Shown here piece by piece: positions 60,781 to 64,000 of a stretch of 64,000 nucleotides of DNA. The notes below the pieces were generated by a model. The model searched no databases. It saw only the letters and a program-made list of their open reading frames with translations, and was not told the DNA's origin. The number at the start of each line of letters is the position of its first letter. Within the stretch, counting starts at the first letter, position 1. The DNA is taken from positions 1 to 64,000 of IMG/VR virus record IMGVR_UViG_3300042391_000634; one strand, 5' to 3'. Both the position numbers and the translations under genes were made by a program.

Positions 60781-61113
60781 ATGAAAAAAGTATTTCTATT
60801 ATTGTTTTTAAGTTTTTCTATAATTAGTTGTTTTTCACAGACCATTAGTGAGAATGACATTGGGAAATGTATGGATAGTATTTTCAAATGTCACATTACT
60901 ATGTGGGTAACAGAAATTCAACCAAACGGTGAAAAAAAATTAATTTGGATTAGTTACTATAAGTTTGAAAACAACAAATTACTCACATTATTTGCAGATG
61001 AAAAGGAACTACAAAAAATATTACTTACAATCAAGAGCAACCCTCCATCTGGTTGCCCCATTAGGACTGACGTTGATAACTTTAATCGTATCAAGACCAT
61101 TTATTTTTGGTAA
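60781..61113 (+). CDS. Secreted hypothetical protein
   Basis: Signal peptide MKKVFLLLFLSFSIISCFS followed by Q. Confidence 0.55.
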   Translation: MKKVFLLLFLSFSIISCFSQTISENDIGKCMDSIFKCHITMWVTEIQPNGEKKLIWISYYKFENNKLLTLFADEKELQKILLTIKSNPPSGCPIRTDVDNFNRIKTIYFW

Positions 61114-62181
61114 TTCAAATTTTTGATAGGTTTTACCTATTTTAGATGTTAGATATCCCCATTTAAAATCTGTACCTAACGATTTTAATAATTTTCTAAT
61201 ATTTTTTCCTTTTGTATCAAAAGTATTAAATGCATCCATATATTCTTGATTAGGGGAATGTCCTATGGGTCCAAATGTATTTTTAAATGATTCATTTAAT
61301 CCCCATTCTTCATTTTTTAGTGCAGACATTAATCTTGGGTCATTTAATTGTATTTGTTCAAATGTTGTATCATAAAAATAATCCGGTAATGTTCCACCAG
61401 AACCGAATTTATTTAATAATGCGGTTCCTATTAACATTCTTATATCATCATCACCACCCTCTCCTGAGAATCCTTTATATCCGTATATTTTATTATTATA
61501 CTCAGCAATTAAAATATCAGGCATTGTAATGGAATGTAAAGATATGTTCGCCATACCCTCACCTCTTCCAATGTTGTATTCTAAAACTTGGGTAAAATTA
61601 TTAATCGACGACGCGTAGGCACCGTCTGCTTCTATTGGTTTTGCGTTACAGTATTCTTTTACATCATATTTCTTTTCTTCTTTTTGTCCTAATCCGGATA
61701 ATTTTAATATAACATACTGCCATTTAGTGTATTTTTCATCTTTAGAATTACCATTTTCAGCATCCCATTCGTCTCCCTGACTCCCCATATCTTTTGGTTG
61801 AAAAGTCACATTTTGAGGTAATTTTCCTTTTAAATATGTTATTGTATTATTTATTCTATATTTTGATAAATCACCAGGATTTAAACCGACACCTCTATTT
61901 GGAACTTTAGATTCCGACCCTTCAACATAAACCACAAATTTTTGATTTTGAGGATAATCCTTAATATCGTTTTTAATTGAGCTTATTGCATTATCAATTT
62001 CTGAAGTATTTGTTAGTTTATATTGACCACTTTCAAAAGAGTTAGTTATGTTATAATTTTTAGTAGATGAGTTGGTAATTACAGATGGTAATTCTGTTTT
62101 AACAATTCGTTGCTCCTTAATGATTCTTTTAACCATTAACTTCAACTGAGACTCCTTAATTCTTATTACTTTTTTGGACAT
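61021..62181 (-). CDS. Leader plus OmpA C-terminal-like domain protein
   Basis: F.SG.Y.L...I...I..IK...V.VEGSESKV...LS..R...TITYL...QYV. Confidence 0.5.
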   Translation of the reverse strand: MSKKVIRIKESQLKLMVKRIIKEQRIVKTELPSVITNSSTKNYNITNSFESGQYKLTNTSEIDNAISSIKNDIKDYPQNQKFVVYVEGSESKVPNRGVGLNPGDLSKYRINNTITYLKGKLPQNVTFQPKDMGSQGDEWDAENGNSKDEKYTKWQYVILKLSGLGQKEEKKYDVKEYCNAKPIEADGAYASSINNFTQVLEYNIGRGEGMANISLHSITMPDILIAEYNNKIYGYKGFSGEGGDDDIRMLIGTALLNKFGSGGTLPDYFYDTTFEQIQLNDPRLMSALKNEEWGLNESFKNTFGPIGHSPNQEYMDAFNTFDTKGKNIRKLLKSLGTDFKWGYLTSKIGKTYQKFELPKINGLDTIKVINVSPNGATRWRVALDCK

Positions 62182-62240
62182 AAAACTTTATATATAAATA
62201 CTATTGTTTTTATAATGGTATTTATAATAAAAGAAAGACT

Positions 62241-63083
62241 ATGTTACTAAAATTAGGATCTGAAGGAGAAGACGTTAAAAAACTCCAAATTAAGTTAGGG
62301 GTTGACCCAATAGGTAAGTTCGGACCAAAGACTGAATCTGCAGTAAAATCATTTCAAACAAAACATGGAATAACGCCCGACGGTATTGTGGGTGACGGAA
62401 CGTGGTCTAAAATGTTCACAGAAGGGACAGTAAGTGCACCTACGGTAATTACAGAACCAGCACCAATTAAGAGTGTGGGTGGTTTAAAATTAGAGGGATT
62501 AAGGGGTCATATACCTGATGCGGTAATTGCTCAAATTCCCGATACGGCGGCCAAATTTGAAATCAATACCCCATTAAGACTTGCACATTTCTTGGCTCAA
62601 TGTGGTCACGAAAGTGGTGGATTTAGACTTACAAAAGAAAATTTAAATTATTCGGCAAAAGGATTAAACGGGACATTTAAAAAGTATTTCCCAACACTTG
62701 AGTCAGCAACACCTTACGAAAGAAAACCAGAAAAGATTGCAAATAAGGTATATGGTGGAAGAATGGGAAATGGTCCTGAATCTTCAGGAGACGGTGCTAA
62801 ATTCTGTGGTCGTGGTTATATTCAATTAACAGGTAAAGACAACTACACTGCATTTGGTAAGTCAATCAATGAAGATATGTCGGCCAATCCCGATAAAGTG
62901 GCATCATCTTATGCTTTATTATCGGCGGCTTGGTTCTTTAATAAGAACGGATTACATAAAATGGCCGATGGTGGGGCAACTGATGCGGTTGTAACATCTA
63001 TCACCAAACGAGTTAATGGTGGAACAATTGGTTTACCTGACCGTATTAAACACTTTAAAGAATACTATTCATTGTTATCATAA
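62241..63083 (+). CDS. Endolysin: peptidoglycan-binding domain plus GH19 catalytic domain
   Basis: GS.GEDVKKLQ..LG...DGIVG..T; RLAHFLAQCGHESGGF, ENLNYSA, GRGYIQLTGKDNY, VNGGTIGL.DR. Confidence 0.92.
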   Translation: MLLKLGSEGEDVKKLQIKLGVDPIGKFGPKTESAVKSFQTKHGITPDGIVGDGTWSKMFTEGTVSAPTVITEPAPIKSVGGLKLEGLRGHIPDAVIAQIPDTAAKFEINTPLRLAHFLAQCGHESGGFRLTKENLNYSAKGLNGTFKKYFPTLESATPYERKPEKIANKVYGGRMGNGPESSGDGAKFCGRGYIQLTGKDNYTAFGKSINEDMSANPDKVASSYALLSAAWFFNKNGLHKMADGGATDAVVTSITKRVNGGTIGLPDRIKHFKEYYSLLS

Positions 63084-63110
63084 AAAAAGGGACCATTACG
63101 GTCCCTTTTT
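63082..63110. terminator. Bidirectional terminator
   Basis: A7-GGGACC-ATTAC-GGTCCC-T5. Confidence 0.8.
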
Positions 63111-63113
63111 CAT

Positions 63114-63959
63114 TTAGTATGTTTCTCTTATATCTACATCCGTTTCAGGATTAAAATCTGTAATTCTTTGTGTATCATTATCCTCATCATCATTTTTTGG
63201 GTGCATTTTACTACTTAATTCATCCCATTTTTTTGCACCAATAAAATGACCTTTACCTAATTCATTTTCATCATTAACGGGATATACACAATAAAGTGTC
63301 GTATTATCAATATCACCGTTATTTTTTACATATGATTCAACCAAATAATCTTTACCTTGGTCGTCAACATAAAGTAATGTGTTATTTTCATTATATGGAG
63401 GTTCAAATGTGATACCATCATGAATAACCCAATTGTTTTTACCAAAATGATATAAACCAAAACTTTTTTTATTCACTTTACTGTTAAGTAATTGAATTAG
63501 AGGATTATCAATACTGGATCTGGCAACAATGAATTCCTCTCTCATCAAATGTTGATAGATAATACCAACACCCAAATCGGACATATTTTGGTTTACAATT
63601 CTACCATTTTCGTCTAATCTTGAACCTAAAGATTTTATATGTTTATTTAATAAATTAAACTCACTACCAATCATTTTTATAGTTTTCATTAATTCATATG
63701 ATTGGAATTTATCAATAACGTCTCTTGATGTTGTTGTTAAAATATAAAGTTCTCTTAAGTCGAGGTCCATACTTAACCAAGACCTTTCGGTTTTAATTGT
63801 ACCGCCTCTTTCAATATAAGCCTTTTTAATTTCTCTTCTTGCTGCTGCGAATTCGTTTCTTCCTGGTGTTTCAGAAATTCTACTTATTGTGTCTTTATTT
63901 AACAATTCACCTTCATCATATTTAATGTATGTCTCAAATTTCTCTCTATGTTCCGACAA
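63114..63959 (-). CDS. Hypothetical protein
   Basis: 281-aa ORF from the track; the start may lie elsewhere. Confidence 0.55.
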   Translation of the reverse strand: MSEHREKFETYIKYDEGELLNKDTISRISETPGRNEFAAARREIKKAYIERGGTIKTERSWLSMDLDLRELYILTTTSRDVIDKFQSYELMKTIKMIGSEFNLLNKHIKSLGSRLDENGRIVNQNMSDLGVGIIYQHLMREEFIVARSSIDNPLIQLLNSKVNKKSFGLYHFGKNNWVIHDGITFEPPYNENNTLLYVDDQGKDYLVESYVKNNGDIDNTTLYCVYPVNDENELGKGHFIGAKKWDELSSKMHPKNDDEDNDTQRITDFNPETDVDIRETY

Positions 63960-64000
63960 CTGAGGATATAATTGAACTACTTGTTCCCATGTTTTTGTAT

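Noticed and set aside
128-61529. Antisense or nested 60-100 aa ORFs (for example 128, 1543, 4760, 11085, 13912, 25904, 44109, 53422, 61287)
   Set aside because: These are shadow ORFs opposite to or out of frame with better-supported genes.
1-64000. Alternative genetic code (stop-codon recoding) as seen in some large phages
   Set aside because: Code 11 gives dense, full-length ORFs with intact enzymes, and TGA/TAG terminate genes at sensible overlaps.
1-64000. Bacterial chromosome or prophage origin
   Set aside because: There are no housekeeping operons, rRNA or integrase. The small-gene density, homing nucleases, CTS-like leaders and endolysin fit a large lytic phage, although hallmark structural genes are outside the window.

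Overview
AT-rich, gene-dense (standard code 11) segment of a very large tailed-phage (jumbo/huge phage-like) genome. It contains no capsid, terminase or polymerase gene, so this is accessory and early/late-effector territory. The host is most likely Bacteroidota: there are many exact TTTG-N19-20-TAnnTTTG promoters, no Shine-Dalgarno motifs, and Bacteroidota-style lipoprotein/signal peptides. Main blocks: (i) 0.3-3.3 kb, sugar-modification genes (BKACE/DUF849, hexapeptide acetyltransferase, short DegT-like aminotransferase). (ii) 3.3-17.5 kb, 22 small, mostly unrelated ORFs sharing an N-terminal M-x(1-3)-F-K-F-F/L leader, five of them with RMF/CrpP-like domains. (iii) More than 20 dispersed genes, most directly preceded by a TATTTATA motif, with T4 capsid-targeting-like leaders ending in Glu (MKLLDIIxE or ITExQLxxIIxE). 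Their cargos include a repeated KxxxIYKALKKG domain, nucleases, ART-like proteins, a glucosaminidase and an OmpA-like protein. (iv) 24.8-40.6 kb, an inverted island of promoter-gene-terminator cassettes saturated with TGCCAAACAA and GTAATACG repeats, bounded by GC-rich hairpin zones and perfect DnaA boxes. (v) A PlcP/LpxH-like phosphoesterase plus GT2 pair, an ADP-heptose (hldD/hldE-like) module, homing-endonuclease-like genes and a GH19 endolysin. All functional calls come from motif recognition by eye; no database searches were run.
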